From assembly GCA_041496385.1 (NCBI GenBank), contig JBGQEL010000004.1, positions 32,001 to 96,000 on the forward strand: 64,000 bases of DNA, given 5' to 3'. The notes beneath the pieces were generated by a model. It was not told where the DNA came from, ran no database searches, and saw only the letters and a list, made by a program, of their open reading frames with translations. Position numbers and translations under genes: made by a program. The DNA is from Candidatus Methylomirabilia bacterium (GTDB lineage: Bacteria; Methylomirabilota; Methylomirabilia; Rokubacteriales; CSP1-6). Each line of letters opens with the position of its first letter. The first letter of the stretch is position 1. Shown in pieces: positions 45,452 through 55,587 of the stretch.

Positions 45452-46375
45452 TCACAGCGCGGGCAGCACGCGCCCGGCGAACGCTTCGAGCATGGTCGTC
45501 TCGGGGAAGTCCGCGAAGCCCAGCATGAGGTCGGTCACACCGGCGGCGGCGTACTCGCCGATGCGCTGGAGCACCGTCTCCGGCGTCCCGGCGAGCGCCG
45601 TCCCGAGCAGCGGGTGGTGGCGGCCGATCCCGCGCGCGGTGCAGAACCTGCCGGTCGCCGCGCGCGCCTCGGCCTCGTCGCGGCCGAGGATCACGTCCAC
45701 CTCGACGGAGCGGCGAAAGTCCCCCCACGGCCGCCCGGCGCGCTCGACCGCGCGCCGGACCACCGCGCACTTCTCGGCAAACACCGCCGGCGTCAGATAC
45801 GAGGCCTCCCAGCCCGCGGCGCGGCGCGCGGCCAGGCCGAGCGCGCGGGCGCCCATCGCGGCGATCCAGATCGGCGGCCCGGGCTTCTGGAGGGGAAGCG
45901 GTTCGAGGCGGGCGCCGCGGAGCGTGTAGCAGCGTCCCACGTGGTCCACGCTCTCGCCGCTCCAGAGCCGTTCGATGATCTCGAGCGTTTCTTCCAGCAG
46001 CGTCACGCGATCCCCCGCCCCGGGATACGCGATGCCGTGGCTCCGCCACGCGGCCGCCGTCGCCGCATCGCCGGCGCCGACGGCCAGGCGGAGATCGAGG
46101 CGCCCGCCCGAGAGATGATCGACGGTCACCGCGCGCTTCGCGAGCCAGGATGGGTGGTGCGCCGCCGGACCGAACGCGTACGTGACGGCCGGGCCGATCC
46201 GCGCGCGCCGCGACCACGCGGCGAGCGCGCCCAGCATCGTCCAGCCGTCGTGCGTGAAGCCGGCGAGGCCGTCACCGTAGGTGACGCGCGCGTAGCCGAG
46301 CGCGTCGGCCGCCTCCCAGCAGCGCCGGAGCCCGTACGCGTCTGTGCCCCACGTCTGGACGCCGACCGTGACCAC
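45452..46375 (-). CDS. LLM-class flavin-dependent oxidoreductase
   Basis: WEAADALGY, LAKRAVTVDHLSGGRLDL, PLQKPGPPIWI; start uncertain. Confidence 0.85.
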   Translation of the reverse strand: MVTVGVQTWGTDAYGLRRCWEAADALGYARVTYGDGLAGFTHDGWTMLGALAAWSRRARIGPAVTYAFGPAAHHPSWLAKRAVTVDHLSGGRLDLRLAVGAGDAATAAAWRSHGIAYPGAGDRVTLLEETLEIIERLWSGESVDHVGRCYTLRGARLEPLPLQKPGPPIWIAAMGARALGLAARRAAGWEASYLTPAVFAEKCAVVRRAVERAGRPWGDFRRSVEVDVILGRDEAEARAATGRFCTARGIGRHHPLLGTALAGTPETVLQRIGEYAAAGVTDLMLGFADFPETTMLEAFAGRVLPAL

Positions 46376-46381
46376 GGGTCG

Positions 46382-46443
46382 AGCATCCGTGATGGTCCGC
46401 GGTCGTGTCAAGATTTGACGGCCCGTCGGTGCGGCGTTAGAGT
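46382..46443. promoter_or_regulatory. Back-to-back divergent sigma-70-type promoters
   Basis: Plus TTGACG-N17-TAGAGT (46415-46443); minus TTGACA-N18-GATGCT (46411-46382). Confidence 0.5.
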
Positions 46444-46453
46444 GCGCGCGACG

Positions 46454-47188
46454 ATGCTCGCCCGCCTCGCACTCGCGCTCGTTCTCCTCGCGATCCCCGC
46501 CGTGGCCCCCGCGCAGACGCCGGCCGAAACGGCGCGCGCGCTCGTCGCCCGCTACCACGACGATCGCACCGTCCTCGACCGCGCCCGGGACCTGCTCGAG
46601 GACGCGCTCCGGCGTGACAGCCAGGTCGACACGATGATCATGGCCTCGTACGTCTGGTTCCTCTGGGGCGACGTCCGCGCCACCACGGACGAGGAGCGCC
46701 TCGCCGCGTACGATCGCGGCCGTCAGCTCGGCAAGCGCGCGGTCGAGCTCGCCCCGAAGAATCACGACGCGCACCTCTGGTACGCCATCAACACCGGGCG
46801 CTGGGGCCAGACCAAGGGCGTGATGCGCTCGCTCTTCCTGCTGCCCACGGTCCGCGGGGAGCTCGACGTCCTGTTCGAGCTGGACCCGCGCTCCGTGCGC
46901 GCCCACTCGCTCGCCGGCAACGTTCTCCTCGAGGTGCCGGGCCTCGTCGGCGGCGACAAGAAGAAGGCCGAGGACCATTTCAAGCAGGGACTCGCGGTCG
47001 ACCCCCGCTTCACCGTCCTCCGTGTGGACCTGGCCCGCGTCTACATCGCGACCGGGCGCTACGCCGAGGCGCGGCGCGAGCTCCAGCACGTGATCGACGA
47101 GGCCGCGCCGACGATCGTCGCCGACTGGGCCGTCAAGGATCTGCCACGCGCCCGAAAGCTCCTCGAGTCCATCAAAGACAATCGCTAG
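46454..47188 (+). CDS. Exported TPR-like protein (TatT/RMD-like)
   Basis: Signal peptide MLARLALALVLLAIPAVAPAQ, TPR-like helices, VPGLVGGD..KA motif. Confidence 0.75.
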   Translation: MLARLALALVLLAIPAVAPAQTPAETARALVARYHDDRTVLDRARDLLEDALRRDSQVDTMIMASYVWFLWGDVRATTDEERLAAYDRGRQLGKRAVELAPKNHDAHLWYAINTGRWGQTKGVMRSLFLLPTVRGELDVLFELDPRSVRAHSLAGNVLLEVPGLVGGDKKKAEDHFKQGLAVDPRFTVLRVDLARVYIATGRYAEARRELQHVIDEAAPTIVADWAVKDLPRARKLLESIKDNR

Positions 47189-47196
47189 CGATCGGC

Positions 47197-47832
47197 GTGG
47201 TCATCGGGCGCCTGCGCCGCACGGCGGCGCGCTGGGACCCCACGGCCCTCGCCGCCATCGCCGAGCGCGACCGCGATCCGTTCCGCGTGCTCATCGCGTG
47301 CATCCTGTCGCTCCGGACGCAGGACACCACGACCGGCCCGGCGTCCGAGCGCCTCTTCGCCGTCGCCGACACGCCCCCGACCATGCTCGGGCTCTCGCCC
47401 AGCCGGATCGAGAGCCTCATCTTTCCCGTGGGCTTCTACCGGACGAAGGCGCGCGTCATCCTCGGCATCTGCCGGGACCTCCTCGACCGCTTCGCCGGGC
47501 GGGTGCCGGACGAGATCGACGCGCTCCTCACCCTCAAGGGCGTCGGCCGCAAGACGGCGAACCTGGTCGTCACCATGGGCTACGGCAAGCCCGGGATCTG
47601 CGTCGACACCCACGTGCACCGCATCTCGAACCGCCTCGGCTACGTGAAGACACGGAACCCGGAGGAGACCGAGATGGCGCTCCGCGCCCGACTTCCGAGG
47701 CGCTACTGGATCGGCTACAACGACCTGCTCGTCTCGTTCGGACAGAACGTCTGCACCCCGATCTCGCCGCGCTGCTCGATCTGCCCGGTCAACACGCGCT
47801 GCCGCCGCGTCGGCGTCACCACAACGCGCTGA
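47197..47832 (+). CDS. nth: Endonuclease III
   Basis: DPFRVLIACILS, HhH LKGVGRKTAN, VDTHVHR, C-x6-C-x2-C-x5-C cluster. Confidence 0.93.
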   Translation: MVIGRLRRTAARWDPTALAAIAERDRDPFRVLIACILSLRTQDTTTGPASERLFAVADTPPTMLGLSPSRIESLIFPVGFYRTKARVILGICRDLLDRFAGRVPDEIDALLTLKGVGRKTANLVVTMGYGKPGICVDTHVHRISNRLGYVKTRNPEETEMALRARLPRRYWIGYNDLLVSFGQNVCTPISPRCSICPVNTRCRRVGVTTTR

Positions 47833-47841
47833 CGACGACGC

Positions 47842-47897
47842 TTGACCGGTCGAGCGGCCGGATGATAAAACTGGATAGTCAGGTAGTTGAACTCAAC
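47842..47897 (+). promoter_or_regulatory. Putative promoter plus palindromic operator for the ferritin-like gene
   Basis: TTGACC-N18-TAAAAC with TG extension, then palindrome GTTGA-AC-TCAAC (47886-47897). Confidence 0.45.
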
Positions 47898-47918
47898 GGT
47901 TTCCTCAAGGAGCGACGC

Positions 47919-48890
47919 ATGGAAACGCGCTCGATCCCCTCGTCCTTCCCCACCGCGTTCATCTACGACTACGCGGCCGCCGAGGCCGACATGCGCCGCC
48001 TCTACGAGAACGCCAAGCGTGACCAGTGGAACGCCTCGCGCGACATACCCTGGGACACCCCGCAGACCTCCGACGGCCGCGCGATCGCCGACGAGCTGAT
48101 CGACATCTACGGGAGCCCGCTCTGGGAGCGGCTCTCGGAGAAGGAACGCGTCGAGCTGAACCGCCGCGTCGCCGCCTGGCGGCTGTCGGTGCTCATGCAC
48201 GGCGAGCAGGGCGCGCTGCTCGCGTGCAGCCAGCTCGTCGACATCGTCAAGAGCGCGGACGAGAAGTTCTTCCAGGCCAGCCAGGTCATGGACGAGGCCC
48301 GGCACAACGAGGTCCTCGATCGCTACATCCGGGAGCGGCTCGACAACCGCCAGTATCCCATTCCGGCCAACGCGCGGGACATCTTCGACTCGATCCTCTC
48401 GGAGAGCCGCTGGTACCTGAAGACGATCGGGCTCCAGCTCGTGGCGGAGACGTTCGCCGTGGCCCTCTTCAAGATGATGGCCGAGAGCGCGCGCGACCCG
48501 GTCCTGGGGACGATGTGTCGGCGCATCCTCCAGGACGAGGCCCGGCACATGGGCTTCGGCATGCTCGCCCTGCCCGCGGTCGTCGACGGCGCGTCGGCCT
48601 CGGAACGCCGGGAGCTCGAGGACTACACCTGCTTCGCCCTCGAGAAGACCCTGACCGGATTCTTCCCGCTCGCCGCGTACGAGGACATGGGCTTCAGCGA
48701 CGCCGAGATCCAGGAGGTCCGGCGGTACCGCCGGGAGACGGCGGCGCGGAACGACTACGCGCCGTTCCGCAAGCACTTCAAGCGCGACATGCACCAGTCC
48801 ATGATCCAGAACCTCACCCGTCTCGGACTCCTGACCGAGCGCGTCCGGCCGCGCCTCGAGAAGCTCGGCATCACCCTGCCGTCGAGCTGA
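47919..48890 (+). CDS. Ferritin-like diiron protein (AurF-like oxygenase fold)
   Basis: HGEQGA..DEARH and VAE..DEARH duplicated E..ExxH ligand sets; AAGGAG SD before ATG 47919. Confidence 0.85.
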   Translation: METRSIPSSFPTAFIYDYAAAEADMRRLYENAKRDQWNASRDIPWDTPQTSDGRAIADELIDIYGSPLWERLSEKERVELNRRVAAWRLSVLMHGEQGALLACSQLVDIVKSADEKFFQASQVMDEARHNEVLDRYIRERLDNRQYPIPANARDIFDSILSESRWYLKTIGLQLVAETFAVALFKMMAESARDPVLGTMCRRILQDEARHMGFGMLALPAVVDGASASERRELEDYTCFALEKTLTGFFPLAAYEDMGFSDAEIQEVRRYRRETAARNDYAPFRKHFKRDMHQSMIQNLTRLGLLTERVRPRLEKLGITLPSS

Positions 48891-49341
48891 GGGGCGCCAC
48901 CAGCTCCGCGAGTCGCCGGTCGCGGTAGGCCCACGCCGCCGCGACCTGCCGGCCCACGACGAGCGCATGGGCCGCGCGGCCGAGCGGCCCGAAGGGCAGC
49001 CGGTACGTGACGCGATCCTCCACCCACGTGCCGCCGCGATCCTCGAGGAAACGGTGGCGGTGCTCCCAGCGGGCGTAGGGGCCGCGGACCTGGACGTCCA
49101 CGAAGCGATAGGGTGGATCGAACTCGCGGATGAACGCCCGCCAGCCCATCGGAATGCCGAGCCAGGACACCCGGAAGTCGTAGACGCTGCCGGCGGTCAT
49201 GGGCGCGCGCCGCGAGACGAGACGCAGCCGGAGCGCGGGCGGCGTGATGCGCGCGAGGTTGGCGGGGTCGACGAAGAACTCGAAGACCTCGGCGCGCGTC
49301 CGCGCGAGCCACACGCGCGACTCCAGAATGTGATCGGCCAT
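48871..49341 (-). CDS. SRPBCC family protein
   Basis: VFEFF.DPANL.RITPP, FVDVQVRGPY..WEHRHRF, DRVTYRLPFG; start 49341 or 49353. Confidence 0.88.
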   Translation of the reverse strand: MADHILESRVWLARTRAEVFEFFVDPANLARITPPALRLRLVSRRAPMTAGSVYDFRVSWLGIPMGWRAFIREFDPPYRFVDVQVRGPYARWEHRHRFLEDRGGTWVEDRVTYRLPFGPLGRAAHALVVGRQVAAAWAYRDRRLAELVAPLSSTAG

Positions 49342-49364
49342 GACGCGCGGCATATGATAGGGAG

Positions 49365-50276
49365 GTGCCCCGACTCAGTCAAACGCGCGCCCACGTCGCG
49401 CTGGTCGCGATCGTGGTGCTCTGGGCGAGCTATCCGGCCACCGCCAAGCTCGCCCTCGAGGATTTCCCGCCGTTCTTCCTCGCCGCGGTGCGCGGCGCCT
49501 TGGCGTCGTGCTTCCTCGTGTACCTGCTCGTGCGCGCGGGCGCGGACGCGACGCCCGGGCTCACGCCGCGTGCCGTCCGCGTCTTCCTCGTTCTCGGCGT
49601 CGCGGGCATCTGGGGCTCGATGCAGTTCAGCTACGTCGCGTACGGCTACACCACCGCCGCCAACGCGGTGATCCTCCAGGCCGCGGCGCCGGTCATCGTG
49701 GCGCTCACCGCGCGCTTCTACCTCCGCGAGCGTCTGCGGCCCGTCCAGTGGCTCGGCGTGGCCGTCTCGGCGTTCGGCGTCCTGCTCGTCGTGACCAGCG
49801 GGCGGCTCGCCGCGCTGCGGCTCGAGGAGCTGCGGGGCGGCGACTTCCTCACGCTGGCCACGCTGACCGGCTGGTCGGTCTACACCGTCTACGGCAAGCG
49901 CGTCCTCGGCCCGCTCTCGCCGGCGCTCGCGACGACGGGCGCCTACGTCGCGGGCACGCTCATGATCCTCCCCACCGCGCTCGTCGCCGCGCCGCTCTTC
50001 CCCGCACCGCGCCTCGCCTCTCTGGCCGGCTGGTCCGTCGTCCTCTACCAGGGGCTCGTCGGCGCCGTGGCGCACGTCTGGTGGTACCGCGCCGTCGAGG
50101 TCGTGGGACCCAGCCGGTCCGCGGTCTTCATGAACCTCCAGCCCATCGTCGGCATCGGGCTGGCGGCGGCGCTGCTCGGCGAACGGGTGGGCCTCTGGCA
50201 GATCCTCGGGACCGCGTGCGTCCTGGCCGGCGTCGCCCTCACCACACAGGCGGCCGCGATCAGCCGAGCTTCTTGA
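49365..50276 (+). CDS. DMT/EamA family transporter
   Basis: Ten-TM duplicated EamA pattern, LRERL, NLQPIV, LLGE. Confidence 0.9.
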   Translation: MPRLSQTRAHVALVAIVVLWASYPATAKLALEDFPPFFLAAVRGALASCFLVYLLVRAGADATPGLTPRAVRVFLVLGVAGIWGSMQFSYVAYGYTTAANAVILQAAAPVIVALTARFYLRERLRPVQWLGVAVSAFGVLLVVTSGRLAALRLEELRGGDFLTLATLTGWSVYTVYGKRVLGPLSPALATTGAYVAGTLMILPTALVAAPLFPAPRLASLAGWSVVLYQGLVGAVAHVWWYRAVEVVGPSRSAVFMNLQPIVGIGLAAALLGERVGLWQILGTACVLAGVALTTQAAAISRAS

Positions 50277-50730
50277 TCTCCGCGAGAATCTTGTCCGGCG
50301 CCGGGAGCTCGCCTCTAGCGTAGCGCTCGATGAAGCGCACCCTGCCCTGCGCGTCCACGATGAAGGTCGCCCGGACGTTGGCGTTCCAGTCCGGCCAGTA
50401 GACCCCGTAGTCCTTCACGACGCTCCGGTGGATGTCCGACAGGAGCGGATAGTGGCTGATGCCGACCGATTTGGCCCAGTTCTCGTGGCTGAACGGGCTG
50501 TCGGTGCTGATACCCAACACCTGGGTATTGGCCGCCTGAAAGTCGCCGATGCGCTTGTCGAAGGCGGGCATGCAGGTGCTTCAGCCCGGCGTCCAGTCGA
50601 GCGGATAGAAGAGCAGCACCACGTTCTTCCCGCGGAACTCCCGCAGGCCGACCTCCTTCAGTCCGATGGTCTTGAGCGTGAAGTCGGGAGCCGTGGCCCC
50701 CACGTCGAGCGTCTCGTTCTCGGTGCTCAC
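50260..50730 (-). CDS. Peroxiredoxin (AhpC/TSA, AhpE/BCP-like), probable selenoprotein with Sec at codon 50
   Basis: APDFTL..VVLLFYPLDWTPG-TGA(50583-50581)-STCMPAF..GISTDS..PLLSD..RATFIVD in a single frame; AAAGGAGG SD before GTG 50730. Confidence 0.9.
50549..50571 (-). promoter_or_regulatory. Candidate bacterial SECIS hairpin
   Basis: Hand-folded ATG[CC]CG[C]CTT-CGAC-AAGCGCAT; G-containing apical loop begins 20 nt after the UGA. Confidence 0.45.
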
Positions 50731-51659
50731 CTGCGGAATCCTCCTTTCGCGATCCGGCGCGCCTCGCCCGTGGCGGCCGCCCGCGGCCTCTCCCCGCCGG
50801 CGCGCGCCGGTGGCTTGCGGACCGCCGCCCACGCGCGACTGCGCCGGCTCTCGAGCGGCGCCTCCGCGAGACCGAGGTGGCCCGCGGCCGTCACGACCGC
50901 GCCCGTCTCCCACAGGCGCGCGAAGCGCTCCACGAACCGCGTGTCGCGCAACGCGTGGTGGTCCATGATCACACGGCAGCCCGTCCTGTCGATCACGCGG
51001 AGCAGGTTGTCGATCCCGCGCTCGACGACCGACGCGCCGATCTCCCGCTCGATGTACGAGGGCGGGCCCGACACGTAGAGCAGGGTCGGCCGCTGGTGGA
51101 TGAGGTAGGCGGCGGCCACCGGCGAGAGCGGTCCCTGGACGTCGGAGGCGAAGACGAACCGCTCGTGCTCGGCCGCGTCCGCGAGCGTCAGCACCAGGAC
51201 GTAGCCGAGCGGCGTGCCGTCGAGACCGTGCGGGAGCGGCGGCGAGACGCTGAGCTCGAGGTCGAGCGTCCGCCGCCGGCAGCCGTCCGCGCTGTGCAGC
51301 CGCGCCACCGGCGAGAGCGCCGTCCACAGCTCGCCCGCGCGCTTGGCCTGGAGCCCCGCGACCATGCGCCGGGGGTCCTTCACCAGCACCGTGCGTCCGG
51401 CGTAGGTCGCCGGATCGGAGCGGAAGTGATCCTCGTGGTAGTGGCTCACGAAGATCATCTCCGCGCGCGCCGCGTACGCCGAGATGCGGTCGTTGGCCCG
51501 CCGCAGGGCCTCCCATTCCTCGTCGGAGGGGGGCAGGTTGAAGCGCGCCGGCGAGAGCGTCGCGCCGGGGTCGATGAGGATCCCGGTCCGGCCGGCCTCG
51601 ACGTACGTCGCCATCGATCGGACCCCGAGAGACTCCGCGGCGAGCGGCACGACCTTCAT
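50727..51659 (-). CDS. MBL-fold metallo-hydrolase, UPF0282-like
   Basis: MKVVPLAAESLGVRSMAT, IDPG, SHYHEDH, HG, ASDVQGP and DHHALRD motifs. Confidence 0.85.
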   Translation of the reverse strand: MKVVPLAAESLGVRSMATYVEAGRTGILIDPGATLSPARFNLPPSDEEWEALRRANDRISAYAARAEMIFVSHYHEDHFRSDPATYAGRTVLVKDPRRMVAGLQAKRAGELWTALSPVARLHSADGCRRRTLDLELSVSPPLPHGLDGTPLGYVLVLTLADAAEHERFVFASDVQGPLSPVAAAYLIHQRPTLLYVSGPPSYIEREIGASVVERGIDNLLRVIDRTGCRVIMDHHALRDTRFVERFARLWETGAVVTAAGHLGLAEAPLESRRSRAWAAVRKPPARAGGERPRAAATGEARRIAKGGFRR

Positions 51660-52420
51660 CAGATGCAGCGCCCGCCGTCGACCTCGAGACACGCGCCCGT
51701 GATCATCGCCGCCTCGTCCGAGGCGAGGAACACGACGGCGTGTGCGAGGTCCTCCGGCTTGTTGAGCCGGCCGAGGGGCACGGTCGCGACGTAGCGCGCC
51801 ATGCCCTCCGCGTCGATCTCCTTCTTGCCCATGAAGGTCGCCAGCATCGGCGTCTCCGTGGCCACCGGCGCCAGCGCGACCACGCGCACGCCGTAGGGGG
51901 CGCACTCGAGCGCGAGGCTCTTCGTCAGCGTGACGACGGCGCCCTTCGAGGCCGCGTACGTCTGCCCGCCCGGGCGCGGCCGGATCGCGGCGGTGGACGC
52001 GGTCACGATGAACACCCCGCGCTTCTGCTTCTTCATGACGGCGAGCGCGCACCGGGCGCCGAGCCAGACGCCCTTCACGTTGACGCTGAAGATCCGGTCG
52101 AAGACGGCCTCGTCCTGCTCCTCGATCGGCGTCGGGAACTGAGGCACGCCGGCGTTGGCCAGAAACACGTCGAGCGTCCCCCACGCGGCGAGCGCCTTCT
52201 CGACCATGGCCTGGTTGTCGGCCGCCCGCGTGACGTCCGCACGGACCGCGAGCGCCTTGCCGCCGGCCTTTTCGATCTGCTCGACGACGGCCTTGGCGCT
52301 GATCTCGTTCAGATCGCCCACCACCACGCGCGCGCCCTCGCGCGCCATGGCGAGCGCGGCCGCGGCACCGATGCCCGAGCCCGCGCCCGTGATCACCGCG
52401 ACCTTCCCCTCGAGTCTCAT
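51659..52420 (-). CDS. Short-chain dehydrogenase/reductase
   Basis: TGAGSGIG, ANAG, YAASK, VDGG. Confidence 0.93.
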   Translation of the reverse strand: MRLEGKVAVITGAGSGIGAAAALAMAREGARVVVGDLNEISAKAVVEQIEKAGGKALAVRADVTRAADNQAMVEKALAAWGTLDVFLANAGVPQFPTPIEEQDEAVFDRIFSVNVKGVWLGARCALAVMKKQKRGVFIVTASTAAIRPRPGGQTYAASKGAVVTLTKSLALECAPYGVRVVALAPVATETPMLATFMGKKEIDAEGMARYVATVPLGRLNKPEDLAHAVVFLASDEAAMITGACLEVDGGRCI

Positions 52421-52448
52421 CGTCGACCTCCCATTTTCGCGACCGCCC

Positions 52449-53468
52449 TTACAGGACGAGCTCGGCCATCGTCCGCGCGGCCAGGCGGTCCCCGGCGACC
52501 ATCAGAGTGGTGACGCCGGCCGACCGCCATTCGCCGAGACGCTCCCGGATCAGCGGGGGCGGCCCGCAGAGCGCCACCTCGTCCACGAGCGCGTCGGGCA
52601 CCGCGGCCTCGGCCTCGGCCTTCCGCCCCGCGAGGTAGAGATCCTGGATCGTCGTCGCGGCCTCCTCGTACCCGTAGCGGCGCGCGATCTCGTTGTAGAA
52701 GTTGCGACCGCGCGCGCCCATCCCCCCCACGTAGAGCGCGAGCTTGGCCTTCACGGGCCGCCGGCAGGCGGTCGGATCGTCGCCGACCACGACGGAGACC
52801 ATCGGCATCACGTCGAATCCCGCGCCGGATCGTCCGGCGCGCCGGAACCCCTCGCCGAGCCACCCGCGGAACATCGCGGCCCGCCGCGCGGAGAAGATCG
52901 TCGGAATCCAGCCGTCGCCGATCTCGGCCGCGAGTGCCACGTTCTTCGGCCCGACCGCGGCGAGGTAGATCGGGAGATCGGGCCGCCCGTGCAGGATGGA
53001 CTTGAGCGGCTTGCCGAGGCCGGTCGCGTCCGCGCCCGCGTAGGGGATCTCGTAGTAGTCGCCGCGATGCTCGAGCGGCTTCTCACGCCGGAAGATCGCC
53101 CGCACGATCTCCACGTACTCGCGTGTGCGCCCGAGCGGCTTGCCGAAGGCCTGACCGTGCCAGCCCTCGACGACCTGCGGCCCCGACACGCCGAGACCCA
53201 GCCGGAACCGCCCGCCCGAGAGCGCGTCGAGCGTCATGGCGGTCATCGCCGTCGCGGCCGGCGTGCGCGCCGCCATCTGCATGATGCCGGTGCCGACGTG
53301 GATCCGCGTCGTCCGGGCCGCGATCCAGGCGGCCGGCGTCACCGCGTCGGAGCCGTACGCCTCCGCCGACCAGACCGAGTCGTACCCGAGGCGCTCGAGC
53401 TCGAGGATCGACTCGAGATCGAGGGATATCCGCGCGCCGGAATAGTTGAGCGCCAGCGCGAGCTTCAT
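52449..53468 (-). CDS. LLM-class (F420-dependent type) oxidoreductase
   Basis: [44 protein letters not shown] at 53468. Confidence 0.9.
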   Translation of the reverse strand: MKLALALNYSGARISLDLESILELERLGYDSVWSAEAYGSDAVTPAAWIAARTTRIHVGTGIMQMAARTPAATAMTAMTLDALSGGRFRLGLGVSGPQVVEGWHGQAFGKPLGRTREYVEIVRAIFRREKPLEHRGDYYEIPYAGADATGLGKPLKSILHGRPDLPIYLAAVGPKNVALAAEIGDGWIPTIFSARRAAMFRGWLGEGFRRAGRSGAGFDVMPMVSVVVGDDPTACRRPVKAKLALYVGGMGARGRNFYNEIARRYGYEEAATTIQDLYLAGRKAEAEAAVPDALVDEVALCGPPPLIRERLGEWRSAGVTTLMVAGDRLAARTMAELVL

Positions 53469-53776
53469 GTGGCCCCTCCCCAGGTCCGCGACGTGCGTTG
53501 CCGCTCCCACCGGTGGACGCGGAGCACCACCCGACCCCGGCGGAACGCCACGCCCTCCTGCTGCAACAGAATTCGCTGCGTCAGCATGCTGGCGACGCGC
53601 GCCCGCGCGCTGATCCCACCCTGCGCGTTGACCACCCGGTGCCACGGCATATCCGCGGGGCACACCCGCAACGCGCGACCGACCGCCCGCGACGAGCGCG
53701 GGCGGCCGAGGAGTGCCGCGAGCTGGCCGTACGTGGCCACGCTCCCGCGCGGGATCCGTCGCACGAGCCGGTGCAC
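53465..53776 (-). CDS. Alkyltransferase-like protein (MGMT family, YbaZ/Atl1 type)
   Basis: [26 protein letters not shown] (Trp in place of the catalytic Cys); start uncertain. Confidence 0.88.
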   Translation of the reverse strand: MHRLVRRIPRGSVATYGQLAALLGRPRSSRAVGRALRVCPADMPWHRVVNAQGGISARARVASMLTQRILLQQEGVAFRRGRVVLRVHRWERQRTSRTWGGAT

Positions 53777-53790
53777 GGCCCGCCGGAACG

Positions 53791-55587
53791 TTAGCGCGGC
53801 GGCGATCCGGCCCCGAGCTCCCACAGCCGCGCGTAGAGCCCGCCGAGCCGCAGCAGGTCGGCGTGGCTCCCTTCCTCGTGGATCCGGCCCCGATGCAGGA
53901 CGAGGATCCGGTCGGCGTTCTGGACCGTCGAGAGGCGGTGCGCGATCGTGATGCTGGTCCGGTCTTTCAACAGCTCCGCCATCGCCTGTCGAATGAGCGC
54001 CTCGGATTCCGCGTCGACGCTCGACGTCGCTTCGTCCAGCACCAGAACGGCGGGATTGTACACGAGCGCCCGCGCGATGGCCAGCAGCTGGCGCTGGCCG
54101 TGCGAGACGTTGCCGCCGCGCTCGGTGAGGACCTCGCCGAGCCCGCGCGGCAGCGCCGCGACGAAGGCCGCCGCGCGCGCCGTCTCGATCGCGCGCGCGA
54201 GCTCCGCGGCCTGGAGCGTCCCGTCCGCGCCCAGCCTCAGGTTCTCCTCGATCGTCCCGGTGAACAGCATCGTGTCCTGGAAGATGACGCCGACGTGACG
54301 CCGCAGACGCGCCAGCTCCCACTCGCGCACGTCGACGCCGCCGACGAGGACCCGTCCCCGCGTGACGTCGTAGGCGCGGGTCAGGAGCCGCGCGCAGGTC
54401 GACTTCCCCTCGCCGGTGGCGCCCACGAGCGCGACGCGCTCGCCCGGCGCCACCCGGAACGCGCAGTCGCGCAGCACCCACGCCTCACCCTCGTATGCGA
54501 ACCAGACGCCGGCGAGCTCCAGCGACGATTCCGCGGCGCGCGGGCGCGCGCGGCCCGCCGGCCCCACCGGGGACACGATCGCGGGGGCCCGGTCGAGGAG
54601 GCCGAAGATCCGCTCGGCGGACGCCATCGCCGCCTGCATGACGGTGTACTTCGCGCCCAGGTCGCGGATCGGCAGGAAGAATCGCTGGGTGTACTGGATG
54701 AACGCGACGAGCGCGCCGAAGGTGAGGGCGCCGGCGACGATCTCGCCCCCGCCATACCAGATGAGGAGCGCCAGCGCGATCGAGCCGAGCGCCTCGACCG
54801 AGGCGTAGAGTGACGCCTCGTAGAGCGTCGAATTGAACAGGGCGCGCCGGTACCCCGCGTTCGCACGGCGGAAGCTCTCGTACTCGTGGCGCTCCCGCGC
54901 GAAGAGCTGGATCACGGTCATGCCCTGGAGCGCCTCCTGCAGGACACCGTTCAGGTGGGCCAGGCGCTGGCGCACGCGCCGGTAGGCGTCCCGCGCGCGG
55001 ATCCGGAAGTAGGCGGCGGCGCCGAAGAGCGCGGGCACGATGGAGAACGTGACGAGGGCGAGGTGCCAGTCGAGCCAGAGCATGACGCCCACGACGCCCA
55101 CGAGCGTGATCACGTCCGCCAGGATCGCGAAGAGGCCGCTCGTGAACGCCTCGCTCACCGCCTCGACGTCGTAGAGGACGCGGGTCATCAGCCGGCCGAC
55201 CGGATTGCGATCGAAGAACGCGGCCTCGAGCTTCAACAGGTGCGCGAAGATCTCGGCGCGCAGGTCGTGGATGACGCGCTGGCCCGTGAGCTGCATCAGG
55301 TAGGCCTCGACCCACCGGAGCGCATAGAGGAGGACGAGCACCGCGACGTAGAGGGCCGCGACCCAGGTGAGGCCGAGCCAGTCGGCGCGCAGGATGTGCT
55401 CGTCGATGGCGATCTTGAGGAGATACGGCTGCGCGAGCTCGGCCGCCGCGATGAGGGGGAACAGGAGCGCCGAGCCCGTGATGAGCGCCCGGTGGGGGCG
55501 CGCCGCCTGCCAGAGGCGCGCGACCAGGCGGCGGTCGAAGACGCGACCGAGCCGCGCGTCGACCTCCGCCTCGTGCGCGTCAGGCAC
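53791..55587 (-). CDS. ABC exporter, fused TMD-NBD (MdlB-like half)
   Basis: [39 protein letters not shown]. Confidence 0.92.
   Translation of the reverse strand: MPDAHEAEVDARLGRVFDRRLVARLWQAARPHRALITGSALLFPLIAAAELAQPYLLKIAIDEHILRADWLGLTWVAALYVAVLVLLYALRWVEAYLMQLTGQRVIHDLRAEIFAHLLKLEAAFFDRNPVGRLMTRVLYDVEAVSEAFTSGLFAILADVITLVGVVGVMLWLDWHLALVTFSIVPALFGAAAYFRIRARDAYRRVRQRLAHLNGVLQEALQGMTVIQLFARERHEYESFRRANAGYRRALFNSTLYEASLYASVEALGSIALALLIWYGGGEIVAGALTFGALVAFIQYTQRFFLPIRDLGAKYTVMQAAMASAERIFGLLDRAPAIVSPVGPAGRARPRAAESSLELAGVWFAYEGEAWVLRDCAFRVAPGERVALVGATGEGKSTCARLLTRAYDVTRGRVLVGGVDVREWELARLRRHVGVIFQDTMLFTGTIEENLRLGADGTLQAAELARAIETARAAAFVAALPRGLGEVLTERGGNVSHGQRQLLAIARALVYNPAVLVLDEATSSVDAESEALIRQAMAELLKDRTSITIAHRLSTVQNADRILVLHRGRIHEEGSHADLLRLGGLYARLWELGAGSPPR

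Noticed and set aside
53465..53776. MGMT with catalytic Cys mutated to Trp as a pseudogene
   Set aside because: PWHRV is the normal signature of functional alkyltransferase-like proteins
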